DNA of 64,000 nt from Chiloscyllium plagiosum (lineage: Eukaryota): assembly GCF_004010195.1 (NCBI RefSeq), contig NC_057753.1:12823446-12887445 (forward strand), written 5' to 3'. The notes under the pieces are model-generated. The model ran no database searches. It saw nothing but the letters and a program-made list of their open reading frames with translations, and was not told where the DNA came from. This document shows positions 40,200 to 54,765 of the stretch, piece by piece. Every line of letters starts with the position of its first letter. The stretch's first letter is position 1. The position numbers and the translations under genes are program-made.

Positions 40200-41945
40200 G
40201 TTATCATATGAGTAGGTTGGAATGTCACAACTCAGTAAGGAATGTTAGCTCGTTTAACAGTAGGACTGTGAAGTACTTCATTTACTTGGATCTGGGTATG
40301 AAAAAAATCAAATGGAGAGCATCTCCTCATTTTGCATGTCAGACACTTGGTTTTCAGTTTGTGGTAAGACATTGTGTGCTGGATGCGAAGTTGAGACTCC
40401 ATAAGGAGACACTGTACTGGATGTGGAAACAGGCAGTCTGTATTGGATTGCCGGGGTGAACTGTTAGGAATGTGTTTTCGCGTATCATAATTTGCTGGAA
40501 TATTTTAGCAGTCGATATTGTGTTGGATGTAAGAAGACATTTATTTGCTGAGTTGGAGATTCAATACTGTTGTACTCGGATGGTGGAGAGACACATATGC
40601 TTTAGTTGTGAGTTGCTGGCTGCTAGATTCAGGCATTCTGTGTTGTGGAATGGTCATTGAGATACTCTGCTGTTTGTCTGATAGTTTGGGACCTAGTATG
40701 CGGGAACACATCTTGTGCTCATTGCAGTTCGAAACATTGTGTACTTGGCGTCATTGTGTGTGTTGATGAGGATTCGAGTGGGTTCGAGTATGTTGCGTGA
40801 GTCAAACATTGCACCTATTGTCTTTTGATGGTATTCTGTGCTCAAATGTGTCTGAAGACATCCTGAGTTTGAGGGAGCGTACCGTGGTCATTCATTTGCT
40901 CAGTTCGCTAGCGAGCGTGTTTGCATGCAGAATGATACCAGCATTGGGTCCAGATCTCATCCCGGCTGAGGTTGCTATGAAGGACCCACCTTCTCAATTT
41001 TTCCATTCAACTGAAATGTCTCGACGTTCAAGGTAACCTTTAGTCGTCTCTCTCTAATGAACAAGAGAGTCGATGGCGATTTTGCCTGTACTATTGAAAT
41101 TGAGAGAGCCATTTCGAGCCACGTTGCAAGAAAATAGGTGAGTGTGTCTCAAAGCAGCTCTGGATTCAGAGTTGACAATGAAAGTACTCGGCAGGATAGC
41201 AAGAGAGAGCTCGGCAGCTTCGACATCGCAAAGGACATCATAAAGTTTATTTGTCCTCATAGCATGTTTATTGAGTCAAACAGAAGGCCGTTGACATTCA
41301 TGTTCCAATTTGATGGGTTGTCATGAGCGATTTGGGATCCACCTTAGTTATTTGTTTTATTTCATTGACAGAGATACATGGTCGGAAGAATGTTCCTGTG
41401 TTGCACGAGGTTCAGTGACGCTGCACAGAGTTGGGTTTCATAGAGACAGAGGACAATGTGCAGTCACGCTGAAACTCCCAGTGAGCAATTTGTAGAAGAT
41501 GAACTAATCAGAGCTTAGCGTCTGATCCAGAAGATTATCTCTGTGGCACACACAGTGAACTCTCTGTGGATACAGACCAACTTCGTGACTCCCACTTTGA
41601 AGTATTTGTAAATCCATACCCACTCTGCGACTTTGGAGGCTCTTTAAATGCATACAACTCTGTGATCCACTTTTCGAGTCAATGTAACGAAACTTTTATT
41701 CTGATTCCAAATTTGTTGTCCCTTTAAATTAAGACCTTTCTGAGACTCACTGAGTGGAATTTCTATACGTATGGCCTTCTGTTTGATTGAGCAAGCATGC
41801 TATGCGGACAAAGCAACTTCATGGTGCCCCTTGTGATGTCGAAGCTGCCGAGCTCTCTTTTCCACTATCCTGCCGAGAACATTCATGTTCAACTGTTAAA
41901 CTAGACCTGTTTTGAGACACACTCATCTATTTTCCTGCAACCTTG
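40200..41945 (-). mobile_element. Penelope-like retroelement remnant with ~170-bp inverted repeat and a small nested insertion (~40950-41095)
   Basis: 41122-41290 is the reverse complement of 41773-41945 (e.g. agagagctcggcagcttc / gaagctgccgagctctct). Minus-strand remnant RHTHLF.../GIILHA resembles the PLE ORF N-terminus. Confidence 0.55.
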
Positions 41946-42183
41946 CAAATCAAATTATTTTCATAGAACTGAAACACATGTTTCGTGTTGTTGAAGAAGA
42001 TAAACTGAACATGTTTGTTTAGTGACTGTAATTAATGTAAGTCTCGGTGGGCTGTAATTATGTCACTGGAGTGTTTCTCCCTTCTATTAATAAGAATCAG
42101 CTTTGAATATTTCATTCCACAGTACTTTCAGAAGTATCACCTCTGACACAACCGATATCCTTTCGAACACAGAAAAGGAAGCA

Positions 42184-45100
42184 ATGGTGCAGGGCCGTCT
42201 ATCTGAATGGCAAATTCGGAGGTTTATGTATGAATTTCAAAAGTTTTACTATCCTGTTCTTGCTGCTGTGGGCGTTCCTGGTAAGTATTTGCTCAGTTTG
42301 TTTCCGACTCTTTCGAAGTATTTGCACGTGGAAGGCTAGGCTGGCATTTATTGCCTACCATTTATTCTTTCAAGAAAGCTGATAATAAGTCATTTTCTAG
42401 ATGTCTGGTAATCCGTATCATTTAGAGACACTCGATATGCTGCTAGGAATGGACATCTAGGGTTTTGATAAAGCGATCTTAAAGCGAAATACCTCAAAGT
42501 CAGTCGCACTTTTAGGGGACCTTGCAGTTGGCGGCAGTCCCATGCATCTATGACTTTTGCCCTTCGAAATGGTGAAGGTACCGGGCGTTAAACGCCCTGT
42601 TGAAAGTGCCTTTAATGTCCCTTTCGTGGATCTATTGTTATTGCACAGTGCTGCCAATGTGCATTTCTGGTGACGGGAGTGAATGTTGAATTTTGTAAAT
42701 AGGATTAATCAAGTGATGTATTTTTCTGCTGTTCTTGTAGGAGCACTCATTCAAGAAAGTGGGGTGTTTCCCATCATCTGCTTGAATTTTGACATTGGAT
42801 CATTGCCAAACTTGAGAGACACAGAGGGCGAGACACATGTTGTTGAGTTCTCAGTTTCAGATCTGCTGTCATTGACACATTATTTCTACGACTGATCAAA
42901 TTGCAATATTTGGCAAGTGCAGCCCCAAGGGAAATAACGTCTGAATTAGTAGTGGGAAAATGCAGTTTGTCCTCTCGAATTTGCTCAGTAAATTCATAAT
43001 TTCATGACTAGTATGATTACACCATTACATACAAAGACTTTGCTTCAACAAAACTTTGAGAGAGATAATACCAAAGTCTAACGGGTCTCTGTGACACAAA
43101 GCAATCTCATATTCGCTATCTGGTATTGAAGTTGATTTTGTATGGCTTTGCCATTGACGGTAACGTTACTGAATATCAAGGGGACACTGCTCGCTTCTCC
43201 CTTGCTGGAAATCACATTGCCCAGAATGTCTGGGACGTAAATGTAGCTTGCCAATTATTAGTCCAAACGTTTAATAATTAAATGTTCCCTTATGGCCTTC
43301 ATGAATCTAAGTTAAACAATCCAATTATTTATACTGTTAAATTAATACATGCTACTGAATGAGGATTTGATACCATTCTTTGGTTCAATGCTTGTCCGGT
43401 TTCTTATGAAAGCTCTGAAATTTTTGAAAGCCATTTTCCCCTTTGATCTTATTTCGGAGCAATTAACTTTTACTAGAAATCAATAGACTCTTCAATCTTC
43501 AATTAAATTTACAAATCGTACATCAGATTCTGCTGGAGAAAAATATTTGTATCACATATATCACATAATTATGGAGGTAGAGCACGGACACGTTGTTGAA
43601 GGTCTTTAAGTGAGACAATTTGGCAAAGTGATGAAAGTAGAAACAGCTGTCATGGCACTGAGGGAAGGAACACCTCTATCAGTCATTTATGGACGGTGAT
43701 TTTAAAAAGTGCTTCTCGATTTTGCTTCCAATAATAATAGTATTATGATTAATTGAAAAAGTGAAAAGTTATCATTCATTTCTGATTCTGATGTATCTCA
43801 GATTATTTTCACGTTAGATTGTGAGCAATTGCAAAGTTTTCCTTTCCTGCAGGATCCTGGTTCCTTGGGCGTACCTGGTGTTCGTAAAATGCACCTGAAG
43901 CAAATTTAATTCTGACCACACACCCTGAATTACATTTTTCTCCTAATCATCAGTCTTTTTGACCGACGTTCACATAGGCCAGTGTCAATTTAGCCACTTG
44001 TTACATAACAATGTTCAACCTTTGTAATTGCAGTCATGTCACCACATCGTTATTATGTCTGCTGTAAATCATTCTCAGGTATTCACACTTCTAATTTGCA
44101 AAGTGACAAGCAAATCGTGTTTTCTCAAAATTACAAAATAATAAACGAAAGATCAGAAGAATTATTCTCTTGCAAAGAGCAGGAGCGGGCAATTGAACAA
44201 AGGTCTAAATACTTGGTTCACCAGTCTCTGACATATTCTGAAATCTGACCTGACTGCTTTCATTCATGTGATTTTGCCTTCACTAACATCACCACCATAT
44301 TTAGACATCATATGTGAATGCAATAGTGCCTTTTAAAATTGCTGCAATACATGTGGCCCAATGGGGAGGATCTAGCAAATGCCAGCAGAAGATTTTATAG
44401 TAGCAACAATATTGTGTGCTTTTCGTGGTTCCAGTGGCTTATTATGTGCCATGCATTCCAACCAGTTGTCACTTTTTTCATTTGCATTAGAAAGCATTTG
44501 GTATATTTAAGTGTCTGGTTTGGCCTCTTTAAGTGCGAACTACCTTGCTGGTGGAGACACTGGAGTCACGTGCCAGCTAGGCCAGGACATGAGTGCAATA
44601 GATAGGATCTTTTGACACTTGTTTCATTGCCACGATTGCACGAAAATTTGATTCCAGATTTATGAATTGCGTTAAATTTGTGTATTCTGCCATGGAGAGA
44701 TACGAACCTCAGTTGACAAGCAGTATCCTGGATTCATGGCTTTCCAGTCCAGGAAGAACACTACAAAGCAATCGTGTAATTAATGCATGTATGCTTTATC
44801 TCTGATCTCCCCACACCACAAACTCTCTCACGCACCCTAATGGACACATTTTATGACGTTTTCTGGCTATAGACGCAGGCACGCATACACACACACACAC
44901 ACACGCACACACACATACACACACACACATGCACACACACACACACACACACACACAGTGCGAGAGAGAGTCTAATGATACTGAACATAAATCTGCATTG
45001 ATTCACTGTCAACAAACCCAAGTCACTGTCCAACGTTGCGAACATAAGCTGATTTTCGAACAATAACCTACAGACTTTGCGGAATGATTAAGAGAAGGAA

Positions 45101-46748
45101 TGTACGTTGATTTGCCCAATAAGCCACTATTACTGGACAATGTTCAACAGCAGGAATCTTGCTTGCTTCTGCCACTCCAAGTCATGCTCAATGGCGACAT
45201 ATTAGAAATGGAATTAGGATCAATATCACACAATAAACCCAGAGTCTCTGAGAAATTATCAGGGGAAACTAAAATTATCACGTGACATTTTTTTCCCTCA
45301 TTAACCCAGAAGTGATGAATAATGATGTGAAGCAGGATTTGGATTGGTTTCTCACAATAATCCAGTGTCAATGCATTGCGTAATAAGTCTTCTTGATTCT
45401 CTGGTAATCAATGAGTAATGATCAGATGTGTGAACTTTTTAGATGTCAGACTATAGCCACGCAACATGTTCTAAACGGTTTCACGGAGTTCATTGCAACT
45501 TCTTATGCTGTGGTTCCACTCACTTGTTGCAAATAGTATCTGAAAGTCTTACCTCTCCTTCACCTACTACTGGAGGCTATAAGCAGATTACGCATTTACT
45601 TGATTACCTGAAGTGCTGTTAATTCTGTGCGAGATCGTGCTGATAATGCTTTGTATAATATGCTAGATTTTGTTAAAAGATGAATTATTTTACCTAGAAA
45701 AAGTGCTGTGAAACATGTAGGCATGTTAATCCTTTGCTGTTCACATTAATGCAGAACAAGTCTTAACAAATACTCGATGAAACTGGAAAGTGTGCATCCA
45801 AGTTGATTTATAACTTGTTTTTCTTTACTTTTCTTTGCAGTTAACATACTGACAATTTTGATATTGTCTCGTGGAAAATGCGGCCTCTCCAAATGTATCA
45901 CCCAATACCTTTTAGCGATGGCTGCAGCAGATCTACTAGTCGTAGTTCTTGACCTAATATTGAGGCATATTCCGATTGTTTACGCATCACAGTTTATTTT
46001 CCTGTATTCTGTCCGCGTGTGCAATATCCATGCTTTCCTGGTTTACGTAGTCACTGATTGTTCCGTCTGGTTCACTATTACTTTCACGTTTGATAGATTT
46101 GTGGCCATTTGTTGCCAGAAGCTGAAATGTAAATACTGCACCAAGAAGACAGCGCTTGTTGTTCTAGGGACAGTGACTTTATTGAGCTGCATCAAAAACA
46201 TTTTCTGGTTTTTTGTGCTAATGGATGAGTACTGGCTTGAGAACATCCCCTGGTTTTGTGGTGGAACAATGGAAGTTCTTGAATCTTTTATTTGGGCTTT
46301 GATAGAGTTCCTTCATCACATTCTAACACCTGCAATTCCATTTTCCCTCATTCTCCTGTTTAATTCTTTAACCATCAGGCATATTTTGGTGACAAGCAAA
46401 GCCAGGAGGAGACTGCGTCATCAGAGCGGTGAGGACAATGCAAATGACCCAGAGATGGTGATGCGAAGAAAATCGATAGTTCTACTATTTTTTATCTCAG
46501 GGAATTTCATCCTGTTATGGACAACTTTCATGTTGTATTTTATTTGGTACCGAATGTATTGGTTGGGTTATGAGGCTATATGGTTACCATACTTTGTACG
46601 GGAAATTGGATTTATGCTCCAGATGCTGAGTTGTTGTACAAATACTTGCATTTATGTTGTAACTCAGGCTAAATTCAGAGAGCAGTTCAAGACTATGCTG
46701 CTTTGCCCATTTAGACAAATTAAATTATTTATTCATTTTTTTCAATAA
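42184..46748 (+). CDS. Intact two-exon GPR139/GPR142-like class A GPCR, 334 aa (exon 1 42184-42280; exon 2 45841-46748)
   Basis: Exon 1 MVQGRLSEWQIRRFMYEFQKFYYPVLAAVGVP + G|gtaagt; acceptor ttctttgcag| gives VNILTILILSRGKCGLS...MAAADLLVV (TM2), FTFDRFVAICC (DRY-like), SCCTNTCIY (NPxxY-like). 97+908 = 1005 nt, in frame, 7 hydrophobic segments. Confidence 0.93.
44881..44968 (+). repeat. (CA)n microsatellite in the GPCR intron
   Basis: ~75 bp of near-pure CA followed by a short GA run. Confidence 0.95.
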
Positions 46749-47559
46749 AATATCCACTTCAACAGCAGCATTCAAAGCTTTCCAAATTACCTTTAATCCA
46801 CGTTTCCCTTCGGGTTAGTGTTAAATATTAATGGAAAGGTTGACTGCTACATTGTATCAATGAGAATATATATTGCCAGCGGGTGACAGATAACAATGAA
46901 ACAGCTACACAAACTATTTAGCTACAACAATAATAACAGCAACTAATATAATAGTACTGCTCACCTGAGTAGCCTGCGATGTTGATTCCTGCACACATTC
47001 TCGTAAGACTCAGGGGTAGCGACGTTGGTCGTTATGACAGTTTTAACATCAGTGAAAGCAGTTGATTAGTGGTTCCAGCTGTGTCGTACAAATTGTGGTA
47101 GAAATCGATCTTAAGACGAGATCCAAATGAATGCTAATGATTACCTGATTTGTTTGTGAAATTCTCAAAGGAAAAAGGGGACCTTTTTAACATCTCCACT
47201 GAAAAGCGACATAGAAATTGATACTGAAAATAATGAATTTTTGAGATCACAGCGAGTCAGACAGCATCTACTGAGAGAGCAAGCTGAGAGTTCGAATCTA
47301 GATGACTCTTCATCAGAGCTGAAATGAAGTGTGGAGGGGGCAAGATCTATGTTAATCTGGGAAAGTAGGGGTATGGGTTGTCGAGTGCCTGGGAGAAAGG
47401 ATGTTGGAAGTTCTCATGAAGTGATTACAATTTGAGAATGGCCGTAGAATTGCCTATCCAACTGTCAGACATGAAACGGAAGACAGTACCACCGGAGGGG
47501 GTGAGTTGAGAGAATACCGTGACAGAGAATTTAACAAATAAAGCTAAAGAAACGGGTTT

Positions 47560-49830
47560 GGTTCACATTGTGAATATATTGAAGTCAATATGAAGTCCAG
47601 AAACCCAATTGTCTTAATAAAGACTTCTACTTTCTTATGGATACCCTTCCCCAAAGGATCTCGCTCCGCAATGTTGCTAAATAATCCTGTCTCGCTACAC
47701 AATACACAGTATAAGATGACTTGCAATCTAGTTCGTTCCTTCGTAAACTTACACATTCATCTCCAATTTGCTGTTTGATACAGTTCCCAACATCACAACT
47801 CTTATTTGGTGGTCTGCACAAAACGCAGTTTCACTTTGTTGTTCCACATCTCCACCCATTCATTCTCCACATTGTTCAGGCTAATGTCCTGTTTTACTAT
47901 TGTGTTAATCGAATCCGTAAAAAGCAGCTTTACCTCAGCTTCCATTCCTCTCTGTCTGTCTTTTCTTAAAAAACGTATAACTCTTGATGTTCAGTTCACA
48001 TCCTTCGTCAACCTGGAGCCAGGTTTCTGTGATCCCAATGACATCATATGCATCATTGCGTATTTAGACGGCTAGGTCATCCACCTTATTAAAATACTAC
48101 TCGCATTGAGGTACAGAAATTTCACTTCATTTTGTTTTGATACATATTGCCACTTTCGAAACATTGCGAAATTTTGACCAGTTTTATTTTTGTCTTTGGT
48201 TTATATGCCTTCCATTTACACTTTCCACCTTGCAGTCGTTGTTTCTGTCCCCAATTTAAACCTACCGAATTATGCATGAGTTCTCATTTTCCTGCCAAAT
48301 CATTTTACATCCTTCCCAACAGCAATAGCAAGCACTCGCCCATAACATTGTTTCTAGTCCCTCTCAGGTGCAGACCGTCTGGTTTATATGGTTCCCACCT
48401 CACCCCAAACCGGATACAATGTCTCACAAACTTTAATCCATCTCACTTACACCAGCCTCCAAGCTAAGATTTAGCCATCATGTCTGGCTAGAACATGACA
48501 CTGGTAGAAATCTCGAGATTACTACATTTGACGTTCCACATTTTGGTTTAACAGCTAACTCCCTAAATTCAGCTTATCAGACCACACCTAGATATTTAGT
48601 TGTGTGCCTGTCGCTAATATATAACATGAAAGTCGGCTGTTCACCCTCCGCCAACTCCACCGCCTCCCAGCGAACACCAAACGCCCTCAGAATATCCTGT
48701 AGCCACTCAGGAATATTCCGAGCCCTGCACCAGTGAGACAGCATAGCATCCACAACTCTCTTTTATGGAACGTCCACCTGTTTCCCTGAAAATGCATCCC
48801 CTATCACTGTCGCTCTGCCACCGTTTCTCCTCCTTCCTGTGCAGCAGAGCCATCCATCGTGCTATGGCCCTGACTGCTATCACTTCTCATTGGTAACATA
48901 TATCTCCCAACAGTTTCCAAAACGGTATACTTGTTTTGGAGGGAGGTGACTGCAGAGGACCCCTGCACTGCCTTCGTGCGCTTCCTCTGCCTGTTATTAC
49001 AGACGAGACCAGACCCCCTCAAAATGTTTTAAGAAGGTACCCTAGAACGTAACCTTTTTTTTATTTTAAAGGCAGTTGTAAGTGGTTATTCCAGGTATGA
49101 TGTAACTGATCTAACCTTTCGGATTGAAGAAAAAATGAATTATTCAAACACTACAGTTGGAGTGCGAACAAAAGAAAATAGAATTTAGAATAACTTAACT
49201 AATGGAAACTTCACTGACCCCACACAGCAACTTAACTAATGAGCTGTTCCAATTCCGGTAGAATTCTTAAAATACACGCCTTGGACAAAGCTAATTTCAA
49301 ACACAGGTTTTTACAGGCACGAGAGGTTTCAGAGAGAAAAGTCAGTTAGGGATCATCTGCTGAAGGACAGAACCTTTTCCTAGTGCCACAACTTCTGCTG
49401 AGACAGCAAAAAATCAGCAGTGTTTCACCGTTACAACTAAACTGAACTTGAAGTAACTTGAACTGGGAGAACTGGCCACTCTGCTGCCAATGGTAAATTC
49501 GGGTCTTTCCCGACATTTCTGTCCCTCTGACCTCTCTTTAAAAAATCTTTGGAGAAATTAACCTTGCTGAAGAGAGAGCATCGCCTCACTGTTGGTCATG
49601 CTTCCTCAGTAAATTTTATCTGTGGTGAGACCAACTTACTGAACGTGCTGTCCACTGTTCCTTCCACCCAGCTGATGCACCAAAGTTAATCCATCTGCAT
49701 CTACATACCTGTCAAGCGGTAAAACTGGAGCTGCAGCTGGACACACTTTCTTTAGGTAAAGGGATCAGGGACATTGGAACTTGCCTTGAATTCCCATATC
49801 ACACAGAAGACACACAGCATGAATCTGGGA
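47560..49830 (-). mobile_element. Old CR1 LINE (ORF1 and endonuclease remnants) interrupted by an LTR-like element (~48995-49590)
   Basis: CR1 ORF1-like QGSSAVTSLQNKYTVLETVG; endonuclease-like remnants at 47560-48150. Confidence 0.65.
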
Positions 49831-50974
49831 CTTAACTCTTAAGTTAACAACAAGACCAAAGGGAAGAGAAAATAAAAAAGGCATTGTTTTGGGCAACACG
49901 AACAGTCAGTGTCTGGTATACTGGGAACAAAACGTAATCATGCAGAAAGAAATACGAATGAGTCTCAAGTAATATGAACAGACGTTTCAGCAACTGAAGA
50001 AGCAATTGTGATAGCCACTGGTTACAGGGATTATCTAGGGTAATCATTGCTTGTAGAGGCGTCTGTTGCACTTAACAAGGAGACAGAGAGCATGGTTCAA
50101 GGCGTTTCTGTTGCAGACGTATGCAATGATCTCTGAACAAGTTGATGCACTTAATAAGCAACCACGTGTTTGTGCAATGATGACTAGGGGCGGGTGAAAC
50201 ATTAAGATAAACGAGGAGTAACAGAGTGTCAGGAAGTCATAAAACCTGGCGAAGCACAAACCCAGGCAGAAGCTCATGCCATATTCAGAAAAACAAGAAT
50301 GATGAATGCAGCACAGAAGAAGACAATTTTGCCGTTCAGATCCATGCCAACTCCACGAAGGAGCAATCCACGTAATGCAAGATCCTTGGAATAGCCAACA
50401 TTCGGCGTTTTCGATTTTTGGAATTTATAAAATTTCATAGCACAATAACAAACACTCTGTTCATCCTTGGCTGAGAAAAGGACTGTGAAGCCGAATTCCA
50501 TTTCCCATCATTTCCCTCATTGAATTTCATTTTTAAATAAAATTGGAGGGTCAGGATTTACGATTTATATCATTTTTTAAGCGAGTTAGACGCTTGTCAT
50601 TTCAGCTACCGAGTTCCACAGCGTATATAGGGTTCAGCTTAAATAAAAGCAGACTCTCGCCATAGCATTCAACAGTTGTCAATAACTGCTCACCAATGAA
50701 ACTGAGACACTGACGTCTCGAGACACTGACGTCTCATCGCTTCACTCGATTGTATCCATGCCCCTTACAACGTTGAGCACCAGAAACAAATCTCCCCTTC
50801 ATGTCCTCAGCTCCAAGAAAAGAACCATTTTCCTGTCCTAACCAATCATAATAAACCTCCTCGATGTCCTCTCGAGTGCCATTGCATCATTCTATACTGA
50901 TGTGACACGTACAATAATAATCAGGCCGAGTGACACCTTTTACAAAGATGCAAATTTAAATGTTATTCTCTACA

Positions 50975-51217
50975 GCATGAACAATAATACACAGTAATTG
51001 GCGCACAAGCTTCCAGAAAACTGAGCAGTTTACTCGACTTCGTATGAGTCGAGAGAGAATCTGTCTGAGAAATATAGAGATGTGCCACCCTGGTCTCTGG
51101 AGAATACATTGAGGTCTTCGTCGGAAATTTTGATATATCTGTAGAGACAGATTTGAAGTTTCATTTGGAGGAAGGCGGGAGGATCGAGGTGTTATCACTA
51201 GACTTGTCATCGGGAAG
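50975..51217 (-). pseudogene. Degenerate V pseudogene
   Basis: Acceptor ttttcctgtcttag; YQNFRRRPQCILQR (FR2-like), FSDRFSLD (FR3) and TVYYCS in different frames. Confidence 0.55.
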
Positions 51218-54200
51218 CTAAGACAGGAAAACTAAGGAAATGTTGTATGAATCCCACAATGGCGAAATTTGAATTATATTACAAAACCTGAATTAAAACA
51301 AAACAGTTTATTGACAACCACGTTAGCAGGATCGAACGTCACTTCAGAACATATGGCTCAGGAATGTCTCTCATGAAGCAAATTTGCTATCCTCACGCAG
51401 TGAGGCCAATATGTGGCACCAGATATATTAAAACTGCCCACTGGAATGGATAGGCAACAAATACTGATGTTGCCAGGGACTCTCACATTCCATTAGAATT
51501 AAAGAAGTCTGAGAAGATGACTGTCAGGGTCTTTACTTCTCGAATCTTAATTTCTTGAACAAGTCATCCAGTAAGTTCCTGATGACTTTTATCTTGACAG
51601 CTGGTTCCTGTAACAAGTACATGAAATTTCGAACATTTCCTTGGATATCGTGTACAGCAAACAGTCATTAAAAAATAAACGTGAAAACTTAAACTCTCTG
51701 GGAACCATGAAACAATTTCTCCACTGACTGTGGGTAAAATTCTGGAACTTCTTCCCAGCAGAATTGTGGGTGTTCTTGCTCCTGAGGTCTGCAGTAACTA
51801 AGTAGGCTCCACACCAGCACCTTGCCCACGGCAACTAGTGATGGGAATAAATGCTGCCTTAGCCAATGACTCCCAAATCCCATAAATGAATACTGATATA
51901 ATACGTTTGATCTTTGAATTAACTGGGATAGTGGTATATTAAGAGGTGAACAGCCGTGATATAATAAAATCAGAGCAGACATTAAGTTGGAATGTCCTGC
52001 ATGATTCTACTTCTCATATTCACACTTTACAACTATGACTCCTCTCTCTGGCAGAAAAAAAACAGAAATACAGACTGATCTGGAAAGAGAAAGCAGACTG
52101 GTGTATTATCAAACGTGTGACAATTCTATCACTTTGTAAAGGATAGTCTGTTCTGGGCATTTGTTTAAAGAGAGATTGAAAAGGCATTCGTTAAGAACTG
52201 CAGACTGGAGATGGCCTACGTAAACAAGTTAGGTGGCCTTTAGTTTTTGTTTTGTGAAGTTGGAAGAATGGAATCAGTTTGAAAGTGAGTGGCCAGTTCT
52301 CACAAACCAGGCTTTCTACTTTTTTTCAGCTTGAGCAGTCAAAAGCTGTTCGTGGTTCCAGAAGAGCTGGACGTTTTAGTGAAAGATACCAAGCCACTCC
52401 TTCCTCTGAAATCTCCATTGATGTTATTTCCTCCTTATTGGAGAACTACAGGCAAGAATCTGTGTTTGAATTTTTTTTTGTCAAGCGATTTGTTTCTAAT
52501 AGAGTATAATAGATCAGAGCAGAATATAATAGAATATCATATTCTTTATTGTAAAGTTAATCCATTGCAAAAGTATCGAGAAAAGGTTTCAAGCTGTCTG
52601 CGTTCTTATGGCGACATCTCATATGCAAGTATCTGGGTACAAATGTTGCATACACCAGAGGGCTAAATGTAGTTAAATTACTTTGCAGAGTTTAAAACGA
52701 AGATTTTTTTTTTAAAAAACTACGAAAATGTTGACATTACAGCAAGATAAGACATTTCGTATACACATTACATTGTTGCAGTTCAGCACAGTATGTCCAT
52801 GCTGATCCTCATTCAAAAGCCTTCCCTGCTCTGCTCCAAGTCTGCAGCCCACTCTGTACTGGTACTCAGCTGCTCCAAGGTCAGCTTGAGTGCTGTATTC
52901 CCCACGCTGGTTTCAGTCCAGAACTCTCTGCTTACTCGCGGCTTGGAGCCTGCTTCCCTAGACTGTTCTGGAACATACAGCTCATGGGCTGCTCTAGGAC
53001 TCGCAGCCCGTGCACTCCTCTATCGATTCTGGGTTCTCGCAGCTGATGCAATGTTTCAGGACTTGCAACACGCGTGCTGTGTCAGGGCTCATTTCTCTAG
53101 TACTTGCTGCCCATGCATGTCGCCGGTCCACGATTCACTTTTGGGGCTAAGGGAGAACCAAAAAAGAAGATTGAAAAGACAAAGAAAGGAAAAGAATAGG
53201 CGTGGTAGAAGAGCTCGAGCAAGGCATCTTACTCTAACACTGTCTTGCCAGAGAGATATTATGGGGTTTACTGTACTTGAACAATTAATTAGTAACAGGT
53301 ACTTTATATATTATTCGGTTATGCTTTCTACTCGTTAAGTTATTCTAAGTTACTCTTTCTTTTGTTTGTATATTAACTACACTGTATAAGTACATTGTGT
53401 TTTGTTTAACGTCATGTGGTTTGACCAGTCACATCAGACCTGGAAAAATCAGTTCGCATCTACCTTTAAAATGAGAAACTGTTAGGATCCAGGCTCTGTT
53501 CTTAAAATATTTCCCAGTCCATAAGAACTGGAACATAGGGAACGAGGAGCTGGCATCGCAAAAATATTATGCATGTATTCAAAGAGGCTGATATGGAAAA
53601 TTCTTATTTTCTCGATAGGTGAACAAAAAAGAACTATAAATGCATCAGTTCAATAACAGAAGAGTTAGAGACAAAATGTTTATGTTACCGAATCGCATCA
53701 GAATACAGACCTCATTGACAAGTGGAGTGCATTGATCCAGTGGAAGTGATGTTAGGAGGTAGGACAAAGGAATAGAAGAGCACGGCGTCTTAGTGAAAAT
53801 TCTTTGTTATGATTAGAAGGGAGAACATTTCGGATGAAATAGGAAATTCTGGCATTCTCCAGTTGATGGTCGCTTCGCCCGCCCCTGTCCTGAACATTGT
53901 ACATAATGTAAAACTCAGAGGTTAGGAGCAGAACAAGGCAATTTATTTGTCGAGAATTTAAGTTTTCAGGGACGGAGCAGATGCACTTCCTACGAAAACC
54001 ATTAAAATCACAACAGTGAAACCCGCACACACTGAAACCAACTGACAGTTCAGAGTCTACCAGGAATGAGATCACAATGGTGTAAAAGCACAAACAAACC
54101 ATGTAGAAATAAAATAAGATGAGTTAAAAATTACCTTCTAAGTTTAAATTAAGGCGAAGCAGAAAACTCTACTCCCTTGAAAGAGGAATATACCTTCCAT

Positions 54201-54765
54201 GACGATTAAAGTGACAAATAGACATGATTAATGTTTGAAGATAGCAACTCAGCTCAACTGAATTTGTCGTTTTTAATTAATTTTCCTCTGAGCAGTAAGA
54301 AAAACACTTTATGCTTTTGCATGAAGTATTGTTGGAAAGTACTTGTCTTACTGACGTTTATTTTTCCATAAGAAAGTATTTAAATGCAAATTTCGACGAT
54401 GCATTTGTCATTCTCCCTGCTCTCCAAAGCTGTAAAACAATTTGTCCCACGACTCTTCCTACTTCTCCAGAACTTCACAAATTTGACAAGCTCCTGTCTT
54501 TATCTTGTTAAATTCGGTGAGTGTTCATTGAATCTGCTTTCTCCATCCTCTGCCTGTGTTGAAGGGAACAAATGAACATCCTCAAGGACTAATTTTCCAA
54601 TAACAGCCTTCAAAAATGCAGAAAATAATATCTGAAGTTAATTATCAGAAAATCACAAATTTATTCATTTAATTATTATCTTTCCATTATGTACAATGGA
54701 TTAGCAAATAATGAAAATCAATTTTATGCTCCAGTCCCGGTTCACAAATTTCCAACATCCTGCAA

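Noticed and set aside
42184-46748. Assigning the symbol GPR139
   Set aside because: It belongs to a multi-copy GPR139/142-like family; orthology cannot be shown without a phylogeny.
52793-53338. 181-aa ORF
   Set aside because: No recognisable domain; lies in repeat-derived sequence nested in an LTR-like element.
53680-54102. 116-aa ORF with leader-like start as a V or a gene
   Set aside because: Leader and splice-like signals exist, but V hallmarks and RSS spacing are unconvincing.
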